A stretch of 64,000 nt of DNA from positions 1-64,000 of the forward strand of contig JBDRCX010000002.1 of the NCBI GenBank assembly GCA_043821365.1, read 5' to 3'. Each line of letters starts with the position of its first letter. Positions within the stretch are counted from its first letter, which is position 1. Shown piece after piece: positions 56,826-64,000 of this stretch. The stretch is from Candidatus Micrarchaeota archaeon. Lineage in GTDB: Archaea > Micrarchaeota > Micrarchaeia > Anstonellales > Bilamarchaeaceae. Position numbers and translations under genes: made by a program. The notes below the pieces were generated by a model, which was given only the letters and a program-made list of their open reading frames with translations, searched no databases and was not told the DNA's origin.

Positions 56826-57275
56826 TTAAGTCATTCTTTCTATTTTTATATGTGCTTCAGTGGTGCCATTGTAGGTTGAAGTTATTTTTATTTTAACCCA
56901 ACCACCAGAACCCATTGTATTTACAAGTGTTCCTGGATTATCTATTGGATATTTTACAACTTCAACAACTTCAGTTTCACCCTGGGGGGTATTTATTTTC
57001 AATGCTATTTCACCACCCCGTCCAGCATCATTTGTTGTTAGTGAAATGGTATTTGGTGGAACATAAACATCTGTAATTACCTGACTGCTAACACCCAAAC
57101 TTCCAACTGAATTTGCTAATGATCCAAGTCTTGAAACTGCAAGTTCTGCCTGATATGATGCTATCTGTTGGTTTGCATCATTTGCCTTCATATAAACAAG
57201 AACTAGCAATGGAATAAATATCAAAAGTACAAATCCCACAATAATCAGAAGTTCTGTACTAACCTGTCCTTTCAT
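56826..57275 (-). CDS. Class III signal peptide (archaeal pilin-like) protein
   Basis: MKGQVSTELLIIVGFVLLIFIPLL. Confidence 0.85.
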   Translation of the reverse strand: MKGQVSTELLIIVGFVLLIFIPLLVLVYMKANDANQQIASYQAELAVSRLGSLANSVGSLGVSSQVITDVYVPPNTISLTTNDAGRGGEIALKINTPQGETEVVEVVKYPIDNPGTLVNTMGSGGWVKIKITSTYNGTTEAHIKIERMT

Positions 57276-58364
57276 CTAATCTGCCCTCCTTTTTATTTTT
57301 GGTTTTTTCTTTTCCCTCTCCTTCCTTAGAACTGTGTTTGCTTCGCCTGCCACATCATCTATACATTCTTTGAGGAATTCACCCTCGCTTTTCATTGATC
57401 TGTGGCCATTATCTGTATCGAAATTTAGATTTACAACAAATGCTGATTTCCCTTCTTTTACATGTACATTGCAATTTCTTATGTTGAATGTTTTTCTGAA
57501 TTTCTCAAGTACATGGCTTATTTTTTGTTCTATATGACTATACTGGTTTCTACTATCTTCATTTAATCCAGAAATGTTAATTTGGATTCCTTTTTTGCTT
57601 AGGTCCTGGATTGTTTTGAAGATGTCAATTGCTGAAAGTACTCCAACTGGCTTTCCTTCTGCAACAACTATGACTGATGAAACCTGTTTCAGTATCATTT
57701 TTCTTACTGCCTGTTCAAGTGTTGTTTGTTCTTCAACAAGTACAATGTCTGGTCTAAGGAATTCTGATATCTTCATGTTATCTACATTGATCGTCTGATT
57801 CCGTATGTCTTTTCTACCAGTCACAAATAAATTTGGTCTGTTTGAAAGCGAACTAATATCATAAGTTGAAACAACACCAACAAAGTTTCTGTTGCGTGTT
57901 ACGACCAATCTCCTTGTTTTTCTTTCCTTCATGACCCTTCTTGCTATACCAACGCTATCGTTTTCATCAACAACATATGCTGGGCTACTCATCATTTCAG
58001 ACACTTCAATAACAGGTATCATCCTATCCTTGAGCATCTCCTTCATCAATTCAACTCTTGTTGTAATCCCAACTGGGCAATGTTCTCTATCTATGACTGG
58101 CAATGCTTTGTAATGCCCTGTCAGAAATGCGTCTATACGATCAAACAGTTGTGCAGTCTCAAAAAGAACTGGAGGTTTTACAACAACAGATTCACATCTT
58201 GTATTATGGGGTTCACGAACTTTCTGACCAATACTCTGATGGTCTATCATACCATAATATTTGCCTTTTTTCGTCACAATCACTGCCGGACTTTCATCAA
58301 GCTGAGAAAGTGCTTTTGATAACGAATCACTTGTTTCCAAAATTAAAGTTTGCTTTATTTCCAT
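57276..58364 (-). CDS. Four CBS domains + C-terminal HPF/RaiA-like domain (putative ribosome hibernation factor)
   Basis: CBS motifs ALPVID..PVGITT, VSEMMSSP, RRLVV, KPVGVLSAIDIF; C-terminal ~100 aa beta-alpha-beta-beta-beta-alpha pattern ending in basic helix. Confidence 0.7.
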   Translation of the reverse strand: MEIKQTLILETSDSLSKALSQLDESPAVIVTKKGKYYGMIDHQSIGQKVREPHNTRCESVVVKPPVLFETAQLFDRIDAFLTGHYKALPVIDREHCPVGITTRVELMKEMLKDRMIPVIEVSEMMSSPAYVVDENDSVGIARRVMKERKTRRLVVTRNRNFVGVVSTYDISSLSNRPNLFVTGRKDIRNQTINVDNMKISEFLRPDIVLVEEQTTLEQAVRKMILKQVSSVIVVAEGKPVGVLSAIDIFKTIQDLSKKGIQINISGLNEDSRNQYSHIEQKISHVLEKFRKTFNIRNCNVHVKEGKSAFVVNLNFDTDNGHRSMKSEGEFLKECIDDVAGEANTVLRKEREKKKPKIKRRAD

Positions 58365-58424
58365 AAACTAACACGCCCCTTGTTTCAGTATAAACTATAT
58401 AAAGGAAATAGGTATATAAGAATT

Positions 58425-59141
58425 ATGGCGAACCAGTTGCAGATTCAGTCAGCCCAGCAGTTTTCGTACTTCGAGTCAATGGTATCAAAACCAACCTGGA
58501 AAGATCTTCTTCTAGATTCAATCTCATCAAATAGTATTGACCCCTGGAATATTGATCTTGTTGAACTTTCTGATGCTTTCATAAAAAAAGTTCGTGAAAT
58601 GGAAAATATGGATTTTGTTCTTCAGGCCAATGTTATCCTTGCAGCATCAATTCTTCTGAAATACAAAAGTAATTATCTGAAAATGTTCAATTATCAATCA
58701 GAGATTCCGGAATTTATACCAGAAGGCGAAACATTTGAACCAATGGCAATGAGTGAAATCCCAGCCCTTGCATTAACCTCAAGGATTCCTCCAAAACGTC
58801 AAATCACACTCGATGAACTTATAGGTGAAATGGAACGCATAATCAAATATGATGATGTGGAAAGAGTTCACATTCCTAGGGGGTCAATAGTAGAAACAAT
58901 TGATATGGAACTAAGCGAACATGATATTGAAAAAGACATGGATGTTCTGCTTAGTGATATTAAGGCAAACACTGACGCCGAAGGCTGGTCTTTATTCTCA
59001 AGAGTTACACAAAATTCTAATCCTCATCAATTAATCTATTCATTAATATGTCTTCTACATCTTGTTCAGATGAGAAAAATTGATCTGAGACAAGATAAAC
59101 TTTATGGGGAGATATTCATCCGTTTTTTGGCTAAAATGTGA
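58425..59141 (+). CDS. scpA: Segregation and condensation protein A (kleisin)
   Basis: IDPWNIDLVELSDAFI, ANVILAASILLKYKS, ITLDELI, LLHLVQMRKIDLRQDKLYGEI. Confidence 0.9.
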   Translation: MANQLQIQSAQQFSYFESMVSKPTWKDLLLDSISSNSIDPWNIDLVELSDAFIKKVREMENMDFVLQANVILAASILLKYKSNYLKMFNYQSEIPEFIPEGETFEPMAMSEIPALALTSRIPPKRQITLDELIGEMERIIKYDDVERVHIPRGSIVETIDMELSEHDIEKDMDVLLSDIKANTDAEGWSLFSRVTQNSNPHQLIYSLICLLHLVQMRKIDLRQDKLYGEIFIRFLAKM

Positions 59142-59203
59142 TCATATTTACATAATTTCACATTTAAACTAACCTTATAAATACTTTTACGCACCTTTTC
59201 ATT

Positions 59204-61345
59204 ATGGCTATAGATTCAGCTAGCACTATTTCTCAACTCAGAGAAGTTGCATCAGCACATCCAGAACTATTTCCAAATCTTGTAAATTTGGCTGGCCGTG
59301 ATGGTTTATATGTTCGTACTACACTCTCACCAATGATTCCAGCTTCAGTGTGGGAGGAACTTCAAATAAGTTGGATAGAAAATTCTCCTCAAGAAACTTT
59401 CCTAGCTGCATTTTCTGCAAAACAAATGATAAGAGTATCGTCTAAAGTTAGTCAAGCTATTGATAGAAAAATACTTGGATATGTAACTACTGTTCTCGAT
59501 ACAAGACCAGAATTATTTCCAACTGTAAATGGGTTGCTGGGCTTGAATTTGCCGCACATTACCTCGACACTCTTCTGGAGAATTCCCAAAGCAACATGGA
59601 GTAGTTTACAGTTAGATTGGATTGAAACTTCTTCTGATGCTAGTTTTGTAACTGCATTGAGTGCTAGTGCAATGCGTACTGTTTCACCAGTAGTGAACAG
59701 AGCATTGAACAAAAGACTATTGAAAATAGTTGAAAAAGATCTCCATGAAAACCCAGGTGTTTTTCCCTCCACACTTGGCTTATCTAAACTTTCTAATTTG
59801 CCAGCTCGTCATTTACTACATTCAAGAATTCCAAATCAAACATTAGAAAAACTTCAACTAAGATGGGTGAAAAAAAGCACAGAGGAACATTTTCTCGTTG
59901 CTTTTTCTACAAATTCATTTAGTCAAATCTCTGATGCTGTTACTGCTGCAGTGAATCAAAGATTACTAGTGATTGTTAAAAAAACAATGAGGAAACACCC
60001 AGAAGTGTTCCCCACATGTTCAAGTTTAGCGCAGGTTGATGGTCTACCATGTACTACTGTCTTAGCAAAAAGGATTCCAAAAGCCGTTCTAGACGAAATC
60101 CAATCAAATTGGGTTGAAAACTCTTCAGAAAAAAACTTTCTTGCAGCATTTTCAAACAGTTCTATGACTTCTGTTTCTGAACCTGTTCAACTTGCAATTG
60201 ATGGGAGATTAAGAGACATCTATGTTTCTCATCTATCTACTGGCCGTCCACTCCCTAAACTCGGTAAATCTACTTTCAGTTCCCATGTGGTTGATTTTGA
60301 TGATCTTAGAGCTATTCATGGGATTTTCACAGGTCAAAGAAGTCCGGATCAACAATTAGTTTCTAAAATAGGTTTAAGGGTTGCTGAAAGAGAATCTTGG
60401 GTTCATTCTCTTATGGAAAAAAGGCTAGAGCAATTATGGTTTTTCAGAGAATTGGCTGTTCTTGCATTTGTTGGGTACGCAGATAACTCTACTGTTGTTT
60501 CATTTTCTCATGAAACACTACCAATTAAATTACAAAAAATATTCCCAGCTGTTCAAAATGTTCAACATGTATTTTTAGAAAATCTTGAAGATGGCACTAT
60601 CAAACCTTTAGATAGAACTATTCTGCTATCTGTTTTTCAATGGCTTTCACAACCAAGATTAGCCAATCTCATTAGAAATCTTTCTCTTTCTACAAGTCCT
60701 GGTCATGAGGTTGTTTTTACATATCCTCAAGATCATACTCTTCTTCCAGACGCAGTGGATAATCTAGCCAAACTTGGTTTCGAATTAGTTCGTTTAGGAG
60801 AACTTAGACTTACTCCACATGCAACAGCACAAGAACCTGAAAAACTCGAACAATTTTCACGAGTCGGAGTTATGAGAAGAACTAGTGGTGTTCCTGCTGA
60901 ATTAGCATCAGTTGATTTGTTTTTTAGCGATACTTCTACTCCTTCATCAATACAATCTACTAATATACTTGCAAGAACATACAAACCAAAAGATCTTGTA
61001 GATTCTCATCATTCTGTTGTTCTTCATAGTTCTGATGCACATGTTGGTGGATTTACAAAACCACAACTTGTTGAAATATGTTCTCTTCCACCATCATTCA
61101 TTCTTACTTTTGCAGGCGGTGAAATTGCTGGTTTTGATATGCATCCATCAAAAAGAGGAACAGTTGAAATCGAAGGATCTCCAATTAATTATGGGGTTAT
61201 TCAAGCAACATTTGCATTACTAAAGGGGGCAACTCCGACATTAGATATTGCTGATTCTATGCGTGAAAATTATCGTGCTTTTGTTGCCAGTCTAAAAACT
61301 CGAACTCCTAATGTAGCAGAAACAAGAATAAGAAGAGTAAAATAA
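59204..61345 (+). CDS. Protein with four 82-aa tandem repeats and a degenerate methyltransferase-like C-terminal region
   Basis: HPELFP/RPELFP/NPGVFP/HPEVFP at aa 19, 101, 183, 265; DRTILLSVFQWL...LIRNLSLSTSPGHEVVFTYP. Confidence 0.75.
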   Translation: MAIDSASTISQLREVASAHPELFPNLVNLAGRDGLYVRTTLSPMIPASVWEELQISWIENSPQETFLAAFSAKQMIRVSSKVSQAIDRKILGYVTTVLDTRPELFPTVNGLLGLNLPHITSTLFWRIPKATWSSLQLDWIETSSDASFVTALSASAMRTVSPVVNRALNKRLLKIVEKDLHENPGVFPSTLGLSKLSNLPARHLLHSRIPNQTLEKLQLRWVKKSTEEHFLVAFSTNSFSQISDAVTAAVNQRLLVIVKKTMRKHPEVFPTCSSLAQVDGLPCTTVLAKRIPKAVLDEIQSNWVENSSEKNFLAAFSNSSMTSVSEPVQLAIDGRLRDIYVSHLSTGRPLPKLGKSTFSSHVVDFDDLRAIHGIFTGQRSPDQQLVSKIGLRVAERESWVHSLMEKRLEQLWFFRELAVLAFVGYADNSTVVSFSHETLPIKLQKIFPAVQNVQHVFLENLEDGTIKPLDRTILLSVFQWLSQPRLANLIRNLSLSTSPGHEVVFTYPQDHTLLPDAVDNLAKLGFELVRLGELRLTPHATAQEPEKLEQFSRVGVMRRTSGVPAELASVDLFFSDTSTPSSIQSTNILARTYKPKDLVDSHHSVVLHSSDAHVGGFTKPQLVEICSLPPSFILTFAGGEIAGFDMHPSKRGTVEIEGSPINYGVIQATFALLKGATPTLDIADSMRENYRAFVASLKTRTPNVAETRIRRVK

Positions 61346-61351
61346 AAAAAA

Positions 61352-61747
61352 TTATGAAATAATGGTTGCGCCAGGTTTTGCTTTTGGCTTTGCCTTGACA
61401 ATCTTTACATTTGCTGGTGTCAAGAGTATTAATGCTGTTTTTGTGTCATTTGCCAAGCCTGCAACATCACCATTAATTTTCCCACTATGACTTCTTATTT
61501 TAGATAAAATTGTCTTAAGCCTATTTGGCTGGTTCTTGAGTGGGTATACATCCAAAACAACAATATTCTTTTGGCTAAGCTCTTTTACTGCAAGTTCTCC
61601 GTCGCCTTCATTCCTCAATTCGACTTTCTTAACATAGAAATCCGCAGGAGGGCTTACAACGTCGCCTTCAGCATCCATTAAATCTTCCAAATCAGGTACG
61701 TCTGATTGTTCGTTCTTTCCACCTAATATTTTATCGAAAAGTCCCAT
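61352..61747 (-). CDS. sepF: Cell division protein SepF
   Basis: MGLFDKILG; YVKKVEL...KELSQKNIVVLDV...INGDVAGL...LLTPANVKI. Confidence 0.85.
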   Translation of the reverse strand: MGLFDKILGGKNEQSDVPDLEDLMDAEGDVVSPPADFYVKKVELRNEGDGELAVKELSQKNIVVLDVYPLKNQPNRLKTILSKIRSHSGKINGDVAGLANDTKTALILLTPANVKIVKAKPKAKPGATIIS

Positions 61748-61830
61748 TAAATCACCACTGCATGGATACTCTTTAATTTAATGCAATTACTTTTTAAATG
61801 TACGTCGACTTCAATTCGACGTGTTTGCCA

Positions 61831-63123
61831 TTATGCAAACAATTTAGCCTTTTCAAATGCACTTTCAATGCATTTATCTGAATTATAATATCTAAATTCT
61901 GAGAATCTACCAAGTAGAGTTATGCCTTCAGATTTTGCAAAATCTTCTATGATTTTTATATTCTCTAAATAATCCAAATCATAAACAACATAGGCATATT
62001 TACACGTTACAAGTTTCTTGAAAACAACCTGCTTTTTGTCAATTACTTTTATATCGTGAAGATCATCTATTGTCCTTTCAATTATTTCACTTTTACTAAA
62101 TTTTGCTTTTTCCCCATCTGGCCGGAATGTTATTTCTGCAAGAACAGATGAATGCCCTTTAGGGACAGTGTTTGGACTCATATTTCCAGGGAAACTTATT
62201 CTATTTGGCAATCGTTCTTTGTCGGGTATGTATGCCCAATGTATGTCATTTAATTTTGGAGTTTCCAATCCAATCATTACTAAATAAATCGAGTTCCATT
62301 TTAGGTTGTCTACTGCATTTTTCACGTTTTCTGGTGCACCATCATATGCATGGATGAAATCACGGACGTGTATTGTGTTTACTATTTTATCATAGATTTT
62401 TTCCTCTGGTCCTTTCACAACCCAATTATCTCCTTCTTTTTTTATTTTATTTATTTTGAAATTTGTTATTATTTTTTTCTGATCAATCTGCTTGCTTATT
62501 GCATTACTTACTGTTTCGATTCCACCATAATTTGGATAATAAAAATTCAGTTGGTGGGTATATCCTTCTGATTCCATCCCCATTGCTGCTTTTTTCACGT
62601 CTTCTATTGGTGGTTGTGGTACCCTACCTTCAACCCAGAAGATATCCATTTTTTCAGTTGGATAATCCCAAACCTTGTTGTTGTAAGGATATAAATATTT
62701 CTCAGTTATTCCTTTTCCAAAACGGTAATACATCCATTCTTTGAAATTTTTTGGTTTGCTTAACTCACTTCCTTCTCTTTTATCATAGATTTCTTTGTAA
62801 TCATTGTAACATTCCATTGCTTCTTCTTTTGGTAAGTCTCCCAACCCATTTTCAAATGGATATTTAACTTTTATTCCTTTATAGAAAATTTTCGTATTTC
62901 TCCTATGTGTAAGCTTATTATCACCAAGAACATCCAACATATATTTTAGAACTTCCTGGTTTTTTGAAAATATTATGTGTGATCCCATATCAAAAGTATA
63001 TCCGTCTTCTTTCGCCGATCGCATAAGTCCTCCTACTGTTTTTTCCATTTCAAGAACTTCTGATTCGACTTTATTTGCAAATGTTAGGCCAGAAATACCC
63101 CCACCCAAAACTCCTATTTTCAT
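61831..63123 (-). CDS. FAD-dependent oxidoreductase (protoporphyrinogen oxidase/UDP-galactopyranose mutase-like)
   Basis: GGGISGL, GGLMRS, FDMGSHIIF, PYNNKVW, FYYPNYGG, GRFSEFRYYNSD. Confidence 0.85.
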   Translation of the reverse strand: MKIGVLGGGISGLTFANKVESEVLEMEKTVGGLMRSAKEDGYTFDMGSHIIFSKNQEVLKYMLDVLGDNKLTHRRNTKIFYKGIKVKYPFENGLGDLPKEEAMECYNDYKEIYDKREGSELSKPKNFKEWMYYRFGKGITEKYLYPYNNKVWDYPTEKMDIFWVEGRVPQPPIEDVKKAAMGMESEGYTHQLNFYYPNYGGIETVSNAISKQIDQKKIITNFKINKIKKEGDNWVVKGPEEKIYDKIVNTIHVRDFIHAYDGAPENVKNAVDNLKWNSIYLVMIGLETPKLNDIHWAYIPDKERLPNRISFPGNMSPNTVPKGHSSVLAEITFRPDGEKAKFSKSEIIERTIDDLHDIKVIDKKQVVFKKLVTCKYAYVVYDLDYLENIKIIEDFAKSEGITLLGRFSEFRYYNSDKCIESAFEKAKLFA

Positions 63124-63183
63124 ATTTATCATTACTCTATTTGTGGTAGGCACCGGATTTTTAAACATTTACCTATTCTATCT

Positions 63184-63335
63184 GCTGGAATGTTTCACTA
63201 ATTTGCTTGCATACGCTTGCAAATGTGAACTATAACAAAATCCAGTTTTGCATTTTTCGCTTGGCAAGAACGAATTCTCGTTCTTGATTGTTTTGAACGT
63301 TTTGCGTTCAAAGGCATCGTGAAAAATTAGCAAAA
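63184..63335 (+). promoter_or_regulatory. Highly structured leader upstream of hppA
   Basis: Nested stems ctgga/tccag, ttcac/gtgaa, atttgc/gcaaat, then a junction with perfect 9-bp and 8-bp hairpins ending just before AGGTGA. Confidence 0.5.
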
Positions 63336-63349
63336 CAAAAGGTGAATAC

Positions 63350-64000
63350 ATGGATGCAATATCATTGGCTATAGGAGCCGGCATATTGACACTGTTATAT
63401 GCTGTATATCTGGCTTATAGAGTGCTCAATCAACCTAGTGGAAATGACAAGATGAAAGAAATTGCAAAAGCAATTCAAGAAGGTGCAAATGCATTTTTAA
63501 TGAGACAATACACTACTCTTGCAATAATAGTAGTAATATTATTTGCGGTAATTTGGGTATGGCTTACTCAAGAAATGGCTCTTGCTTTTATTGCCGGGGT
63601 TATATCTTCTGCTCTTGCAGGTTATGTTGGTATGCAAGTTTCAGTACGTGCAAATGTGAGGGTAGCTGAAGCTGCTAAAAAAGGACTACAGCCTGCACTT
63701 GACCTATCTTTCAAAGGCGGGGCAGTTACTGGTATGGCATTGGCAGGCCTTGGTCTTGTTGGAGTTGGAGTATTATACTTATATTTCGGCAACATCACTC
63801 CACTGATTGGTTATGGTTTCGGTGCATCACTCATCTCCCTCTTCGCCCGTGTTGGTGGTGGGATATATACCAAAGCAGCAGATGTTGGTGCTGATCTAGT
63901 TGGTAAAATTGAAAAAGGAATTCCAGAAGATGACCCAAGAAACCCAGCAGTTATTGCTGATAATGTTGGTGATAATGTTGGTGACTGCGCAGGTATGGCA
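63350..64000 (+). CDS. hppA: Membrane-bound H+/Na+-translocating pyrophosphatase, partial (runs off window end)
   Basis: Hand translation from ATG 63350 after AGGTGA: IQEGANAFL...RVGGGIYTKAADVGADLVGKIEKGIPEDDPRNPAVIADNVGDNVGDCAGM. Confidence 0.96.
   Translation, partial: MDAISLAIGAGILTLLYAVYLAYRVLNQPSGNDKMKEIAKAIQEGANAFLMRQYTTLAIIVVILFAVIWVWLTQEMALAFIAGVISSALAGYVGMQVSVRANVRVAEAAKKGLQPALDLSFKGGAVTGMALAGLGLVGVGVLYLYFGNITPLIGYGFGASLISLFARVGGGIYTKAADVGADLVGKIEKGIPEDDPRNPAVIADNVGDNVGDCAGMA

Noticed and set aside
1-64000. Many 60-160 aa ORF-track entries overlapping assigned genes (e.g. 643..903, 4074..4346, 18633..19091, 23588..24064, 44217..44639)
   Set aside because: Antisense or alternate-frame shadows of well-supported CDS, with no motifs or RBS
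1-64000. Transposase, integrase, prophage, rRNA or alternative genetic code
   Set aside because: No DDE/HUH/tyrosine recombinase or viral motifs and no rRNA-like sequence; conserved genes read intact with the standard code

Overview
Compact, AT-rich archaeal chromosome segment. Archaeal housekeeping genes (Nop5, L10e, RFC small subunit, archaeal-type TIM and PEP carboxylase, ValRS/IleRS, ScpA, SepF), AGGTGA-type RBSs, overlapping convergent genes and tRNAs with non-canonical introns point to a DPANN archaeon, most plausibly Micrarchaeota (inference, no search run). About 70 CDS and 4 tRNAs were found: Pro-UGG; Thr-CGU with a 135-nt intron; Gly-UCC with a T-loop intron; Ser-CGA with two introns. 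No rRNA, CRISPR array or transposase is visible. The most interesting items are as follows. (1) A signalling island at 8.6-13.7 kb with two KaiC-like ATPases, a tandem-V4R protein overlapping a UbiA prenyltransferase, and a GAF-GGDEF dinucleotide cyclase whose guanine-specifying Asp is replaced by Asn. (2) Short palindromes concatenated inside tRNA introns, tRNA trailers and gene leaders, including a 15-mer shared between a tRNA intron and another tRNA's trailer. (3) A protein with four exact 82-aa repeats fused to a degenerate methyltransferase-like domain. (4) A PRMT-like methyltransferase with a hairpin leader. (5) Three genes whose RBS-linked ATG is one base out of frame with the coding body. 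(6) An unannotated Gly-rich 20-aa ORF. All product calls come from motif recognition by eye.
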